Shown: positions 47,483-61,739, numbered from the stretch's first letter. The stretch is 64,000 bases of DNA from Psammoneis japonica (GCA_008632985.1 QPGO01000092.1:1-64000); one strand, 5' to 3'. Notes: a model not told the origin generated them from the sequence alone. Program-made: numbers and translations.

Positions 47483-50400
47483 ATGGCGGAGGTTGAAAGC
47501 AATCGCCCCGAAGAGGACGATGTCTACGCCAGGCGTATGTCGCGGCGAATATCTGAGTTGTCTCATCGTCGATTTCCAACTGTTGCGGACTACGTCGACG
47601 TGCTGGGCGGCGAAAAGGGCACGGTTATCGAAAAAGTGCTTATAGCCAACAATGGTGTTGGCGCCGTCAAGGCAATCCGGTCCATTCGAAAATGGGCGTA
47701 CGAGGTTTTTGGAAATGAACGCGCGGTAACTTTTGTTGTAATGGCCACACCAGAAGATTTGCGGTAAGTGCCCGCCAGGGAAAACAATAGGGTTGTAATA
47801 ATTGAATTTTCTTTCACCGCTTTGCTTTTATATCATTTCTGATTAACCAATAGGGCCAACGCAGAATACATTCGAATGGGTGATGTTATTGTTGATGTCC
47901 CTGGAGGCTCGAACAATCACAACTACGCCAACGTGACTCTCATTGTTGATATTGCGAGACTTCACGGTGTCCACGCTGTATGGGCAGGTTGGGGTCACGC
48001 AAGCGAAAACCCTGCCTTACCCGACACCCTTTCACAGAGCAAGCCACCGATCAAATTCATCGGTCCTTCAGGACCGCCGATGCGAGCTCTTGGTGATAAA
48101 ATTGGAAGCACCATCATTGCTCAATCCGCTGGTGTTCCTTGCATTGGCTGGAACGGTGCCGATGTGATTGCCAACTACGACAAGAGCGCCGGAACGTTAC
48201 CAGACGAAGCGTATGACCGCGCTAGTATTTCAAACGCGACCGAAGCCTCAGCTGCCGCAGAGAAGATCGGATTTCCGGTCATGATCAAGGCTTCCGAAGG
48301 AGGTGGAGGGAAGGGAATCCGTATGGTCCACAGCGCTGAGCAGGTCCAAACGGCATACAGACAGGTCTGTGGCGAAGTACCTGGAAGTCCAATCTTCATC
48401 ATGAAGTTGTCAACAAGATCAAGGCACCTTGAAGTTCAGCTCCTCGCAGATGAATACGGGGACGCAGTAGCTCTCAATGGCCGCGATTGCTCTGTCCAGC
48501 GCCGGCATCAGAAAATCATCGAGGAAGGACCGCCTGTTGCCGCGCCTCCAGAAGTATGGGACGAGATGGAGAAGGCTGCAGTTTCTCTAGCAAAAGCGGT
48601 CGGCTACGCAAATGCTGGTACCGTTGAGTATTTGTACTCGGAACCTGATGAGAAATTCTACTTTCTGGAGTTGAATCCTAGGTTGCAGGTGGAGCATCCG
48701 GTGACCGAGATGATAACACGTGTGAATCTTCCAGCCGCTCAACTCCAAGTGGCTATGGGAATTCCTCTTCACAATATACCGGAGATTCGGGAGCTTTACG
48801 GAAGAAATCGTTTTGAGAACGACCCGTCGTCTCGAAGTACGAAAATCGATTTTGACTCTGAAAAGGCTGTCGGGACTGCCGGGCACTGCATTGCCGTTCG
48901 CATCACTGCTGAGAACGCAGAGGCCGGTTTCAAGCCAACGAGTGGAGGCCTACAAGAAATTAATTTCCGTTCAACTCCCAATGTTTGGGGCTACTTCAGT
49001 ATGGACAGTTCCGGTTCCATTCACGAGTTCGCTGATTCCCAATTTGGTCACCTGTTCGCCAATGGCTCGGATCGCGAGCAGGCAAGACGAAATATGGTTC
49101 TTGCGTTGAAAGAGTTATCTATTCGAGGTGATATCAGTACCACGGTGGACTACATTTCTAAATTAATTGAGTTGGATGATTTCGTGAACAACAACATTGA
49201 CACGGGATGGTTGGACTCCCTGATCAAGACAAACGTCGACGGGATGGGCGCCGCCGATTTTGGCTTAGAGAGAAAGGAGAGTACAGACGAGATGGACAAC
49301 CTTACATACGTTGTAATGGGAGCTACGATTATGGCTTTTGATGAATGCGATAGCGGTGAAAGTCGTTTCGTCGAACATCTGGAAAAGGGCCAGCTGCCTG
49401 CCCAGTCCTTACTGAACATGGTCCATGACGTTGAGCTCATTCTCTGCGGCGTGAAATATAAGCTTAAAGGCACTCGCAACGGGCCGAATACGTTCACTAT
49501 AGCGGTTGCTGGAGATGAGAACGAATGTGTGACCACCCAAGTGAGAAAACTGAGTGATGGTGGATACCTGATCGACATTTGTGGGAAAAGCCGTGTTGGC
49601 TACGTGACGAGCAAAGGCGATGCGGCAACTGGAATGCGATTGAACGTTGGCGGTGCCAACATTGCGTTTTCACCTGATTACGATCCGTCGACACTGCGAA
49701 CAGACGTGGCAGGGAAGCTAGTGAAGAAGCTTGTTCAAGACGGAGCAACGGTGAAGAAAGGCGAGCCGTACGGCGAAATCGAAGTCATGAAAATGTTTAT
49801 GCCGCTGAAAGTGGAAGAAGCAGGTGTGATATCTTGGTGTGTCAACGAGGGTGCTGCACTCTCTGCTGGCGACATGCTCGCCACACTGGAGCTTGCAAAT
49901 CCAGAAAATGTCGCTCATGTGACGGTGTTTGAAGGCCAGTTGCTGGTGAATCAAATTCAAGACAAGGGTGAAAGTAGAGTCACCAGTGCCAGCAGACCCC
50001 ATATTGTCTTTCGTAGTGCTGTCCAGAAATTAATAGGAGGCATGGCTGGGTATGTACTGAGTGAAGAGGACGTCGAGTTGTGCATGTCTGACGTGGAAGC
50101 TGCATCTATGAACCCCATGCTTCCTGTTCTTGAAATCGATGAGCAGCTCTCTGTGCTTAGCGGAAGAATCCCCCAAGATTTGTTTGACGAACTCGCGGGG
50201 ATGATAAGTGACTTCAAAAGCAGCGTCCAGCCTAGGTGAGACAGTGACCGCTTTTCATGCTGATCATGTTGGTTATTCGAAAATGCTAACGATTCTTCGT
50301 TATTTTGCTAGATCTTCTAGATTCCCGGCAGAGAAAGTGGTGGAGCTGCTCTCTCAGCAAGCAGAATCCATACAGGAACCTTCAGAACGGTCCATGTTCC

Positions 50401-53400
50401 TTTCTCTTACTGAACCGTTGCTTTCAGCAGCTTCTCCATACGCGAAAAGTCATGCCGCGGGTTCGCCGGGATCCGAGCGGGCACTAATCAGTTTCCTTGC
50501 GATCCTACGAGACTGGATTGCCACCGAGAGATGGTTTTGTGACGGGAAGTCTTACGCAGACGCAGTGGACAACCTAAGGAAAGCGAACAAAGAAGATTTC
50601 CAGAATGTCCTGAATATTTGCCGTTCTCATGCGCAGTTGAAGTCGACGGCTTCCATAGTGAACAGAATCATCGGACTGATAGGAGAAGGTTCGAGGGTGG
50701 GAACGTTGACGAGCACGACGTCGCACATCGGCAAGAGAGCGTCAATGCTAACAGGAGCTGAAAGCCTGGCGACCGCCGTTCCGTGTCTGTCGGAAATTGG
50801 TGCGATGGGAAATAGCGACGAGTACGCCGATGTAGCTTTGAAAGCAAGGAAGCTCGTGCTGATGGAAAGCATGCCGGCAATGGAAGATCGAAAAGGAAAA
50901 GTTTGGGATGCTGCGGTTAAGCTTGCCGCTGCTCATCCGTCGGAGGGGGCGAAAATTGCGACTGAATTTCTGGCGGAGCATTTACCATTGTTTGATACGC
51001 TATTTCCCCTCCTCGAAACGCACCCCAACAAGCCTGATGAGATGTCGCTTCTTCAGTTGTATATTCGGGACCTATACCGAATGTACACAATGAACAATGT
51101 TTCCCCAGATTCGGAGAATCGATTGCTAAGCTTTTCATTCTCTAGTAAACCCACCGAAAGCGCCGTTTTCACGAGGAAGTCTCTGACGAGTTTTACAGAA
51201 CTCGCGAGTCTTGTGAGCAGTTCGTCGCTGCGGAACATGTCTATGTCTTCTGATACAAGTTTTGACACAAGTGTTGACCAAGCTTCCCAGAATGCGCCAC
51301 GGACAGGCGTCTGCTGCATCGTTGACCGATTAGATGATCTGCAGGATGTGACGAAGTTTGAAACGATTTTGTCAAGGTTTCCTCAGTTTGTGAGTGACTC
51401 GCCGAAATGCCATTCTGGCCCGTCGAATGTTCTTTATTTTGTTGTCGTTGACGATAATGTTGAGCATGAATCGATGGACGACATGGGGAAGCGCTGCGAA
51501 GCAATTCTTTCTCCTCTCAGAAGCCAACTCGCTCAAGCTGATATCCGTCGTGTTAGTTTCACTTTCAACCGAAATGACAGTGAAGAATTTCCCCTACCTG
51601 CCATTTTCACATTCGGAAGTCACCGTAATTTCGCGGAAGATTTCCTTTTCCGCCACATCGAGCCATGCCACGCTTTTCACCTCGACTTGGCTCGGGTTGC
51701 CGCTAACTTTAGCATACAGACGCTTGGATGCAGGCATACAACGACATGCCAGGTCCATATGTATAAGGCTACACCGAAGTCGTCAGCATTGTCGAAAGAT
51801 GCAAAGGCTAACAAGGCTCCACGGGTATTTGTAAGGGCAGTGAGTATCGGACTTGACTTTTACTCTGCTGGATTTGAAAGAATCCTTGTGGATTCCCTTA
51901 ACGCATTGGATCTTTCTGAGACGAAAAGTAAATCAGATAATCATCTGTTCATCAATTTCGTGAGCGACGTTGAAAAGGTTATTCTTGACCCAGTGGTAGT
52001 TGAACAGGTTGTGGCTGATATTCTCAAGCGTCACGCTGAGAGAGTTTCGAGCTTGGGTATTGTTGAGGTTGAAACTCGCGTCGTTTGCTGCTTGAGTGAG
52101 GGGGCGGCACCGATCGCGCTACGTCTCGTTGCTAGTAACCCTACGGGGTATGTGCAGGTGATGAACACCTATGTTGAAGCCACTGGTGACGAAAGCACAG
52201 AGGTCGTCTTCCAACCCATTGGAGGAACCAAAGCGAGTTTGGCTGGTACCGGTGACAGTTCATGGGAAAACATGGCTGTCTCCACACCCTACCCGTTGAC
52301 CAGACCATTCGATGCCCAAAGGAAGGCTGCCCTGAGGGCGTCAGATACGCTATACTGCTATGACTTACCGGCTTTGTTTGAAGCGGCCGTAGAGCAGCAG
52401 TGGAACGAACATCGTTCAGGTGCACGCCCATTGATGGTTATGTACACTTCTGAGCTGGTGGTTCAGAAGAAGTCGTCAAACGACACCGCCGGGAACTGGA
52501 CGATGAAGGACTATCTGAACGGCGACTTAGAGCTGGTACAGTTGAGTCGCGGTGCTGGTGCCAACGATGTCGGGATGGTGGCATGGCTTATGGTCCTAAA
52601 AACAGTGGAGTATCCCGATGTGAGTATCGTGTCGGCGTGGCCTTTTCAATTGTGATCTACCTTTCTGCTTCGCGTGACTCATACGTTGGCTTTCCATGGT
52701 GGATATCCTTTCTTGTCCTTGACAGGGTCGCCAAGTGGTTCTGATTGCCAATGACATTACCCACAAGGCCGGTAGCTTCGGGACGAGAGAAGACGTAGTT
52801 TTCAAATTGGCGTCAGAATTCGCCAGAGAGAAGCGAATTCCTCGCCTTTTCGTGGCTGCCAACTCAGGTGCACGAATTGGATTGGCTGAGGGAGTCAAGC
52901 AAGCGTACAAGGTTGCGTTTAAGGATTCCTCGAAGCCGGAGAACGGCTTCGATTACTTGTATGTGGCTGAAGATGACTACAAGAAGTTTTCAGAAGGAAA
53001 GGAGCTGAAGGCAGAGTTGGTTTCACTTGATGGACAAAATGTTTACAAGATCACTGATATCATTGGGTCTGAGGCAGATCTCGGTGTAGAGAACCTTAAA
53101 GGTTCTGGTCTAATCGCCGGAGAAACGAGTGCTGCGTACGAGGATGTATTTACAATGACAATTGTCCTCGGAAGGTGAGTCCCCTGCCCACCGTAGTGTC
53201 GGTAGTGCTTGTTCTCGATTTATCTCATTTTTCTCTCTGTTTGCGCAGAACTGTTGGTATTGGCGCTTACCTCGTCAGACTCGGTCAAAGAACAATTCAG
53301 AAGACTACCGGGTCGCCCATCATCCTCACGGGATACCAAGCACTGAACAAATTGATGGGTGTTGACGTGTATCTGACAAACGATCAGCTCGGAGGACCGG

Positions 53401-54836
53401 GCATAATGTATCCAAACGGCATTTCTCATATGGTCGTTCCTGATCATCTTCTAGCTGTGAATGCTGCCGTGGATTGGCTGTCATACGTCCCGTCCGTCAG
53501 AGGCGGCCTCCTTCCCATTGTCAATATCGCAGGAGATGACGAGGTTGAACGCCTTATTGATTTCTCTCCATCTCCCGGCGTCCCGTACGATCCCCGGGTG
53601 CTGCTTCAAGGGCAGGAGGACGATAACGGTGTCTGGCAAAGTGGATTCTTTGATAAAGGAAGTTTCACTGAAGCACTTGCTGGATGGGCAAAGACTGTTG
53701 TTGTTGGTAGAGCCAGACTTGGCGGAATCCCAATGGGTGTAGTCATCACGGAGAACCGTTCCGCTGAGGCAATTAAACCGGCTGACCCGGCAGATGTCAA
53801 GGCATCCGAAGCCGTCATCCAGGAGGCTGGTTGCGTTTGGTTTCCAAACAGCGCGTACAAGACTGCGCAGGCCATCAATGACTTCAGGACAGAGGATCTT
53901 CCCCTCATTGTCTTTGCAAATTGGCGCGGGTTCAGTGGTGGGCAGAGAGACATGTTCGACGAGGTTCTGAAGTATGGGTCTTTGATTGTCGATGCTTTTG
54001 TTGCCTACGAGCAGCCTGTGTTTGTATTCATCCCTCCTTTTGCGGAGATCCGTGGTGGGGCATGGGTGGTTCTCGACGCTTCTATCAATGCTTCCGTGAT
54101 GGAGATGTACGCAACTGCCGGAAGCGCTCGGGGAGGCGTCCTTGAAGCGAACGGTGCCGCTAGCGTGAAGTACAGAAAGAAGGACTTGATCAAATCAATG
54201 CACCGACTGGACAATGAGTTGAAGTCTCTTGACTCGAAGCTATCGACAGCGTCGACCGAGCAGGAGAAGGACGATTTGGAGAAGTGCATCGAGGCAAGGG
54301 AGCGAGCGCTGCTTCCAGTGTACGAACAGATCTCCGTTCAGTTCTGTGAACTCCACGACACCCCAGGTAGAATGAAAGCGGTTGGAGTAATCGAAAAAGA
54401 AGTTGAATGGAAACAGGCACGATCCTTCTTCTACTGGCGTCTACGCAGAAAGCTCGCGGAGTTTGATCTTAGGAAGAAGATAATCGAAGCCTCACAAGTT
54501 GGCCGCGGCCTGAAGTCACCCACTCCGTTGGAAGCGAGCGCTATTGTCAAGGATTGGTTCTTGCAAACTCCGGGAATGACGATAGACCTGTGGCAGAATG
54601 ATAGCGTCATGCTGTCCTGGATGGCAGAAAACAACCAAGTCCTAGAAGCCAAGGTCGCTGATTACACCAAACAGTGTGCCGCCCAAGAAGTTTTTCAGGT
54701 GTTAACGCAAGGTGGTAACACCGCACGTATTGGTGCCCAAGGGATTGTAGAAGGCTTGTCTCGTGCTTGCCAACACCTCGGACCCGAGGAAAGCCAAGCT
54801 TTGAAACGAATGCTAAAGGACGCTTTACAACTTTAG
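47483..54836 (+). CDS. ACC: Homomeric acetyl-CoA carboxylase (BC-BCCP-CT), probably the cytosolic isoform; introns 47764-47853, 50236-~50320, 52620-52725, 53175-53248
   Basis: [42 protein letters not shown], biotin site [25 protein letters not shown]; acidic N-terminus without a signal peptide. Confidence 0.97.
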
Positions 54837-54882
54837 TTCTAAGCTAATCCGCGTATTTGCATAAATCATGAGTTTGCGTCAT

Positions 54883-57800
54883 CTACGGCTGTAAATCGTT
54901 CCAGAGTTGATCTAGTTCAGACCAACGCGAGTTCTCGACGAGTTCACGGATCCTTGCTTGGAGTTGAAGAGCGTTGGATGGCGTCACCTTCATACTCGTG
55001 GTAGCATTGTTCAACATTTCATCCTCGAATTTTGAACTGATGACCGCTGCGTTCTCCAGAACTTCGTCAGGTAGAGCCGCAAGCCGCGCCACGTTGATTC
55101 CAAAGCTTTTTGGGCACGCGCCTTGGCCTAGGGTATAAAGGAAGGTGATGTTCTTGTTGCCGCTTCCGTCTTCATTCTCTTCTTCATTGGTTCCATGTGT
55201 CGAGTCTTCCACATCATCACTGGAGACGGTGCCCTCGACGATGCATTCCATGTGACCAAGTCTCACATTCGGAGCGTTCTTCCAATCGTTCAGCAAGGAG
55301 TGGTAATGGGTGGCAAACAACGTCAAACAGCGATTCTGTTCGACCAGATGTTTCACTGTGGCACTTGCGATGGCAGTCCCATCAAACGTTGCTGTACCTC
55401 GGCCCAGTTCTAAATACAGGAGATTTCAAGACGAAACTGTAAGCAATCTCTACGTTACTACAAAACACGATCCAGCCCAAAACAATCTCCTTACCGTCCA
55501 TAATGACGAGACTGCGTCGTGTTGCACCACGCAACGCCGCAGCAGTTTCTGCGAGTTCCACGAAGAACGTAGATTGGCCGAGAAGAATCCGGTCTGTCGC
55601 GCCAAGGCGAGTGAAGACTCGATCAATCGGCGTGAGGGCACATTCCTCCGCAGGGACGTAGCATCCGACCTGAGCAAGAATAGCAATGAGACAAGTCTGT
55701 CTAAGAAGAGTGCTTTTTCCACCCTATTTGACGAGGCACACAAGTAATGGGTGAGAGACAGGGTGAACCGCATTACTAGGGAAACAAACAACGGCAAGCG
55801 TACCATGTTTGGTCCACTGAGAAGCAAAACTCTTTCTTGACCTTCAGCATCATCACTTGAGCCAAGGGAAAGATCGTTTGGAATGAACTCGCCCCCATTG
55901 TGCGTATTGTCTACACATGGGTGACGACCTTGGATGACGCGGATGCATGGCTTACCGTCCAGAGGGCAATCCAGAATCTGCGGACGCGTGTAGCCGGGGC
56001 GGGTGGCCATTTGTGCAAGCGAGCCCAATGCATCGAGCATAGCTGTCGCATGGGCCGCTGCAGCCCATAGGTTGCGCATGGAATCGAATTTGGCAAACAC
56101 GAGTTGCATGCCTTTTTCCTTGCCGACCTTTTGCACGTCTAGCGCATACTCGAGTTCCTCGACAAGCTATTACACGGTAGTGACAAGAAACAAACGTTAG
56201 ACGCAAGAAAGCATTATTACTGGCCAGCGCTGCTCAATCTTGATTCATACCTGTGCAACCACCGGGGTTCGGTATTTATTCACTTGCTTATCCCCTTTTC
56301 CTCTATCGTAAAATAGAAAGAGGCGAGGAGAGAATTACGAATCAGGAAGTGATGCCTCAAAGGTGAGCCAGATAATTAGAAGAGCAATGTCGGCGACTTT
56401 CGTACTCACCGCTTTCCCTTTACATGAAAGTCGTCTGGAACCCGCACTCTTGCGGGAAGTTCAATAAGGTACTTATCCTTGCTCTCCTCCTTGGTGTTGA
56501 CGTACTTCCACTGCGACCTTGCCATACTACTTGGACTCAATACCTGGCTGCACATTTCATCCTTGTAGTCCGCCAGTTGTCGCTTGATCTTTTCAACCGC
56601 GTCACATGCATCGTCGTAGCTCTCGTCGGTTCCCCTGCTGGGCTCAAAGGAACCCCGAGCAGCCTGTTCGCAATCGAAATTGTTAAAGAACCAATCGAGG
56701 TCTTCCACCATGTCAGGAAAGCAGCCTCCGTCATTGGTGGTCTGTACAATCTTTTGAAGCATCCCGCTCTGGATCTCCACGCCTTGAAACAACTCCGGAA
56801 TCTGCGTGGCATGACGCAATCCCTGTAGAAGTTTGGAAAAGTCTCCCACCTTACGCTTGGTGTGAGTGACCGTCTCGTACAATACAGCTCGTTCATTGGG
56901 GTGGTGGTTCGCGGTGCCGTCGTCCTGGTTGCCGGCCGTGCCACCCATGCTGTGGACACGGCTCAAAAGACGTTCAATATCACCACACTTGCCAAGGACA
57001 TTGCGCGCCTCCGACATGGCCATGGCTGCCGCACCCGACACCAACTCTTGGACAGCGTCGGCTCGTCGATCAATGTCAGCCTTTCGAAACAAGGGGCGGA
57101 GCAACCAAGCACGCAAGAGACGAGAACCGTGAGGACTCTTGGCGTGATTTATCTTGGACCACAAACTGCCAGCGCCGGTATGAGAGTGGGCGTTGTAGAG
57201 TATCTCTAGATTCTGCAAGGTCGTTCCGTCCAAAGCCAAGTGGTTAATGAGACTTTCATCCGTTGCTCCCGGTGCACCCACAGTCTCCAACTCCATGGTA
57301 CTTGGTTCAGAGTTCTGTGCTGCTCCAGGAGACGCCGCGCTGTCTTCGAGTCCGTCTTCCATTCGCTGCTGCTCCCGTACAGCATGCATGAGAGGGGTGG
57401 GACCACCCTGGCTAGACGGCACTTGAGTTGGAGGCATGTATGCCTTGACTTGTCCCATGCCCAAAATATCTTGATCAATCAGATTGCGTTGAAGGTAAAA
57501 GAGCGCCGCACCAAAGCTGGACAAGGCCAACTCCGCATTTCCCTCGACCGCCATGCGCAACACACTGGGCCATCGACTGGTATCTTTTTCGCCAGTTGCC
57601 TTGCGAGATGCACGGGGATAGTACCCGCAACGATGAATCTCATCCAAGGCTTCTTGGACATCCCAGGGGCGTACGGTGGGACTGGGTCGTTCCATTTTGC
57701 GGCGAACGCCAACGTCAATGGCGGTCGATTTGGGAAAGGTCTCCTTGGTATGGATGCGTTCAACGCGAGCCATGCCGCGGGCCGACTTGAGAAGAGACAG

Positions 57801-59562
57801 CAAAGTGGGAGAAGCTCCCTCCTCGCCGCCCTCTACCAAAATCTAAATTAGAATGCGCAAAGAGAACAATACGGTTAAGCCAAGGCAACCGGAACGGATA
57901 GAATAATCTCAATCAGCATTGTATCCAAAAACATACCTCGGATGGTGAAGCGCTGGTCAAGAGCGTATTCATACGGCTCCGCAAGACATCATCGGCAAAC
58001 TGACCAATCGTGACGGTCGCTCGGACAGCATCCACCAGAGTGATTCCGTACTCACAAACGGGTTGAACTTCATCCGTGTCTTCTTCTTGCTGCATAGTAT
58101 TGCTCTCCATCAAGACTTCACGAATCACCAAGAGCGGTCCGTGACTATTGGTACAACTATCCATGGATGACGACGACAATCCATTGACATCATCCAAATA
58201 ACAAAACGTCCGCGTTCCAGACGTGAGAATGGAACACACTTCCCGATTCACCACCTTGGCGGCAGGCGCCGACTTGGGTCGGTTCTTGTTTCGTTCTTTG
58301 AGTTGTTGTGGCGTTTCCGTTTGTTCAACACGCGCCACCTTGTATCCCGCTTGGACGAGCCGTTCGGCAAATTGACCGTAGGATACTTCGGGAAAGCCCG
58401 CATGTGCCACGTGTCCCTTCATGTAGATAAAGTCCAAGACTTGGACTCCCACGTCGGCGTCCATGTGGAACATTTCGTAAAACTTGCCCGTTTTGAACAA
58501 GAGGACCGTGTCCATGTATCGTGCTTTCAATTCCCACCATTGACGTGCGGCGGGACTGAGGGCCTTGCCTTTTCCCGCCTGTAAGCTATCGAGCTCGCGA
58601 TAATCCACCTTGAGGGACTTGCCGTCGTACAAAGGATCATTTGGAGAGCGGCCGTGGGCGTCTTTGGGATTTTGGAGAAACTTGAGGTGATTGTGTACGT
58701 GAGAACCGGCGGGGTTCACGGCGCCTGGTGTGTACGGCAGAGGATTGTGTGGTGATTTTGCGCCTGTCGTTCGTGGGATCGTAGAGGGTGGTGTGGGTGC
58801 GGGTGGACGCCTTGTCGCAGAATAGGCCGGAGTCACCTTGTTGCTTTCTGCAGAACTGTTCTTGACGGCACTACTACTTGCAGAAGCCGTACTGGAATTG
58901 GTGACAGCTGTAAGGACACGAGGCGTTTCAAAGGACGACTTTTGCTTCTTGTACGGCGGTGTCTTGCTGCTCAAAGAGGAATGCTGTGTGACCTTCAAGG
59001 CTGACTGCTTCTTCTGCTTCTTGTAAGGATTCTTCTTTTGCACAACCTCGTCTTCATCATCGGTCACCATCCACTGAGCTTCCTCCTCTTCCTCCTCCTC
59101 TTCATCTTGATGATTATCTTCATACGCAGACTCTTCTGACTCCTCGTTCAAGTCAAATTCTTGTTCTTCACCGTCGCTCTCTTCTTCGTCTTCTTGAATA
59201 CGACGCTTCTTCTTTTTCTGAGAAGAATCATCCTTTATGATTCGAAAGGTTTCTTGAGATAAATCCAAGCTTTCCATTTCACCATCGTCATAAAAGAGCG
59301 TAAAGTGTGATTCTCCACTTTTCTTGGGAATTCTCTGTACCGTGGCGTCGTAGTATTCATCATCGTTGGGCCAATACACGGAAATTTTAGATCCAACACG
59401 GAGTGTTTGCCATGGCTCCTTTTTCAGAGGAGATGCAGCAGCTGGTTTGCTGTTGTTTGCTTCTGTACTCTTTGGAGCAGCAGTAGCCGGATTTCTTGAA
59501 AAGAAACTAAAGAGAGTCATTTGACCCGGCTTGGCGGCGGCTGCGGCCTTTTTGCTGCTCAT
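54883..59562 (-). CDS. MSH6: DNA mismatch repair protein MSH6 (multi-exon)
   Basis: PIP-box QMTLFSFF, Tudor-like [16 protein letters not shown], mismatch-binding [17 protein letters not shown] split by an intron, [20 protein letters not shown]. Confidence 0.95.
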
Positions 59563-60027
59563 GGTGGATGACAACAATAGCAACAACAAATAATGACACT
59601 GCTGTTGTTGTTGCAACGAAAGAGTGTGGTGCGGCCGCCCGAGATAAAAGATGCTTTTGGCGCGCCAACCGAAGTGCTACGTAAGTTTCTACTGAGACTG
59701 ATGTATGTAGAAATCGTATTACATCCAACGTCATGCAGACAATCAGAACACGAGAGGCAGTCACAGGATAGAATTCCGAATTCCATCTCTCTCAGAGCTC
59801 GTGAGAACTCGCGGCTCGCTGCACAAATTGTAGCACCGCCGACACACGGACGACGATGACAGAGAAATCCTTGCCGGCCGTTGCCGCACTTTCTAATGGT
59901 AACTAGAAGTACAACAAGCTTACGGCTCTTGCTGATTTGATAATCTCCATAAGTTACCGCTACCAAGCCCCTACAAGCGATTGATAACAAGGAAGGAACG
60001 AGAACGCAGTATTCGTTCAATGCAACC

Positions 60028-61104
60028 ATGACGACTCCTGCAACAACTTCACCTTCTCCAGAACGCAAGCCTCGCAGCAGCAAGAACAGCAACAACACTC
60101 CGCGTAACAGCAAGCAGCCGTCGACGGCTCCACAGCTCGATACTAGCAGCAGTGACGCCTTGTCTCAAACCATTGCGTCTCAGGCGTCCGCAGCCTTGAT
60201 GCATCCCCAAGTCACATTGACCGTGTACATTCCCNNNNNNNNNNNNNNNNNNNNNNNNNNNNNNNNNNNNNNNNNNNNNNNNNNNNNNNNNNNNNNNNNN
60301 NNNNNNNNNNNNNNNNNNNNNNNNNNNNNNNNNNNNNNNNNNNNNNNNNNNNNNNNNNNNNNNNNNNNNNNNNNNNNNNNNNNNNNNNNNNNNNNNTTGG
60401 ATTGGTCCTGCAAGGAATGGACTCCCGTGGTGATTCGAGCCGATCCCAATGCGGCCCTTCACGCCGCCTATCAATTGCAAAAGTTGACCGAAGACAACAT
60501 TGATGATGTTGTCTTGGATTTGCCCATTTCTCGGACCCGCCATGCGGCGCTCGTGGGAAAACGGGGAGTCATTTTGCAAAGTCTATCGGCCGATACCCAT
60601 GTGCGAATCATGGTGCCGCGCAAAGACAAGCGTCATGATGTTGTGCAATTGGAAGGCGAATTGCGCAAGGTTCAAATTTGTCTTGCTCGTGTTCTCGTCT
60701 TGGCGGCCGAAAGCGGTAGTCACAACAAAAAGAGCAACAACAACAAGGCTCAAGTCGCACCTGCTGCTGCGGCTGCGGCCATACAACAACAAGACTATGC
60801 GCTTTCGGAAAACATTACAGTGGCCACCTTGCCACCACAAACCAAGCTTCGTCAGATTGGACGCAAGACCGATACGGCCACGAAACGCAAAAAGGAAAAT
60901 GACGAGTGGATTTTAACCGTCATGGGCAATTCGGACGATGATATTCAAGCCGCGATTGTCCTAATTAATAAGTTCTTAGAGGCGGAGCGTCCTAGGAGGT
61001 CGAGGAAACCGACGCGAGGCCGAAACAACAAGGGAAGAGGAAGTGGTGGCGGCGGTTCCAACAACAGCAACACGGCAGCACCGGCAGAACCTTCGTCGTC
61101 GTAA
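60028..61104 (+). CDS. KH-domain RNA-binding protein (spans an assembly gap)
   Basis: HAALVGKRGVILQSLSADTHVRIMVP (KH GxxG loop); N-run at 60235-60396. Confidence 0.7.
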   Translation: MTTPATTSPSPERKPRSSKNSNNTPRNSKQPSTAPQLDTSSSDALSQTIASQASAALMHPQVTLTVYIPXXXXXXXXXXXXXXXXXXXXXXXXXXXXXXXXXXXXXXXXXXXXXXXXXXXXXXLDWSCKEWTPVVIRADPNAALHAAYQLQKLTEDNIDDVVLDLPISRTRHAALVGKRGVILQSLSADTHVRIMVPRKDKRHDVVQLEGELRKVQICLARVLVLAAESGSHNKKSNNNKAQVAPAAAAAAIQQQDYALSENITVATLPPQTKLRQIGRKTDTATKRKKENDEWILTVMGNSDDDIQAAIVLINKFLEAERPRRSRKPTRGRNNKGRGSGGGGSNNSNTAAPAEPSSS

Positions 61105-61739
61105 TACTTGAAGGGATCAAATCTTAAGAATGCTGAAAGCTGATCAAAACAAAAAGGATGGTATTGTATCCATCTTGTTTTATGGGGACGAGTTGAAAAA
61201 AATTTAGTATGTTATCTAATCTTGATCAAGCTAGATTGATCTGTCGAGGATGTCGTCATTGATTTGGCGATCTCTAAGGCTGCTTTCCGTAGTCTAGCTG
61301 CTCTACTCTACTAGTAGCTCGAGACCCCTGACGCCCTTGGGCGTTGCCTTGGGTGGTCCGCGCCACTGGAATAACCATCGAGAATCATCGGCATCGAGGG
61401 TTTCTCAGGTTATGAGGGTAAAGCCGCATATGGAAACATTCATGCTCTTATAATACATGAATTATTGACTTTATAGTGACTTGTATAAACGAAACAGACC
61501 GGTTGAGTTTGCCTCACAAAATCGACTCTCAAAAAGCCAAACGCGCAAGATTGGAAGATAAGAAAGAGGTAACAGCCATCACATGACTTTCAGCCGGAAA
61601 AGATTTCTGTCGGATCAACCGTTGCTGACGTTGGTGCTCTCATTGTATCTTAATCGCGGAATGTGTGTCGGTGCTTCTCTAGTCCAGCAGCTGTCGGGCT
61701 AAACAACCACACTGCCATAACACGAAAAATCGGAGCGTC

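Noticed and set aside
54836..54883. Very short gap between convergent ACC and MSH6 stops
   Set aside because: Similar tight convergent spacing occurs elsewhere in the window (413/493, 31582/31639) and is normal for compact diatom genomes.
60235..60396. N-run inside the KH gene
   Set aside because: Assembly gap, not biology.
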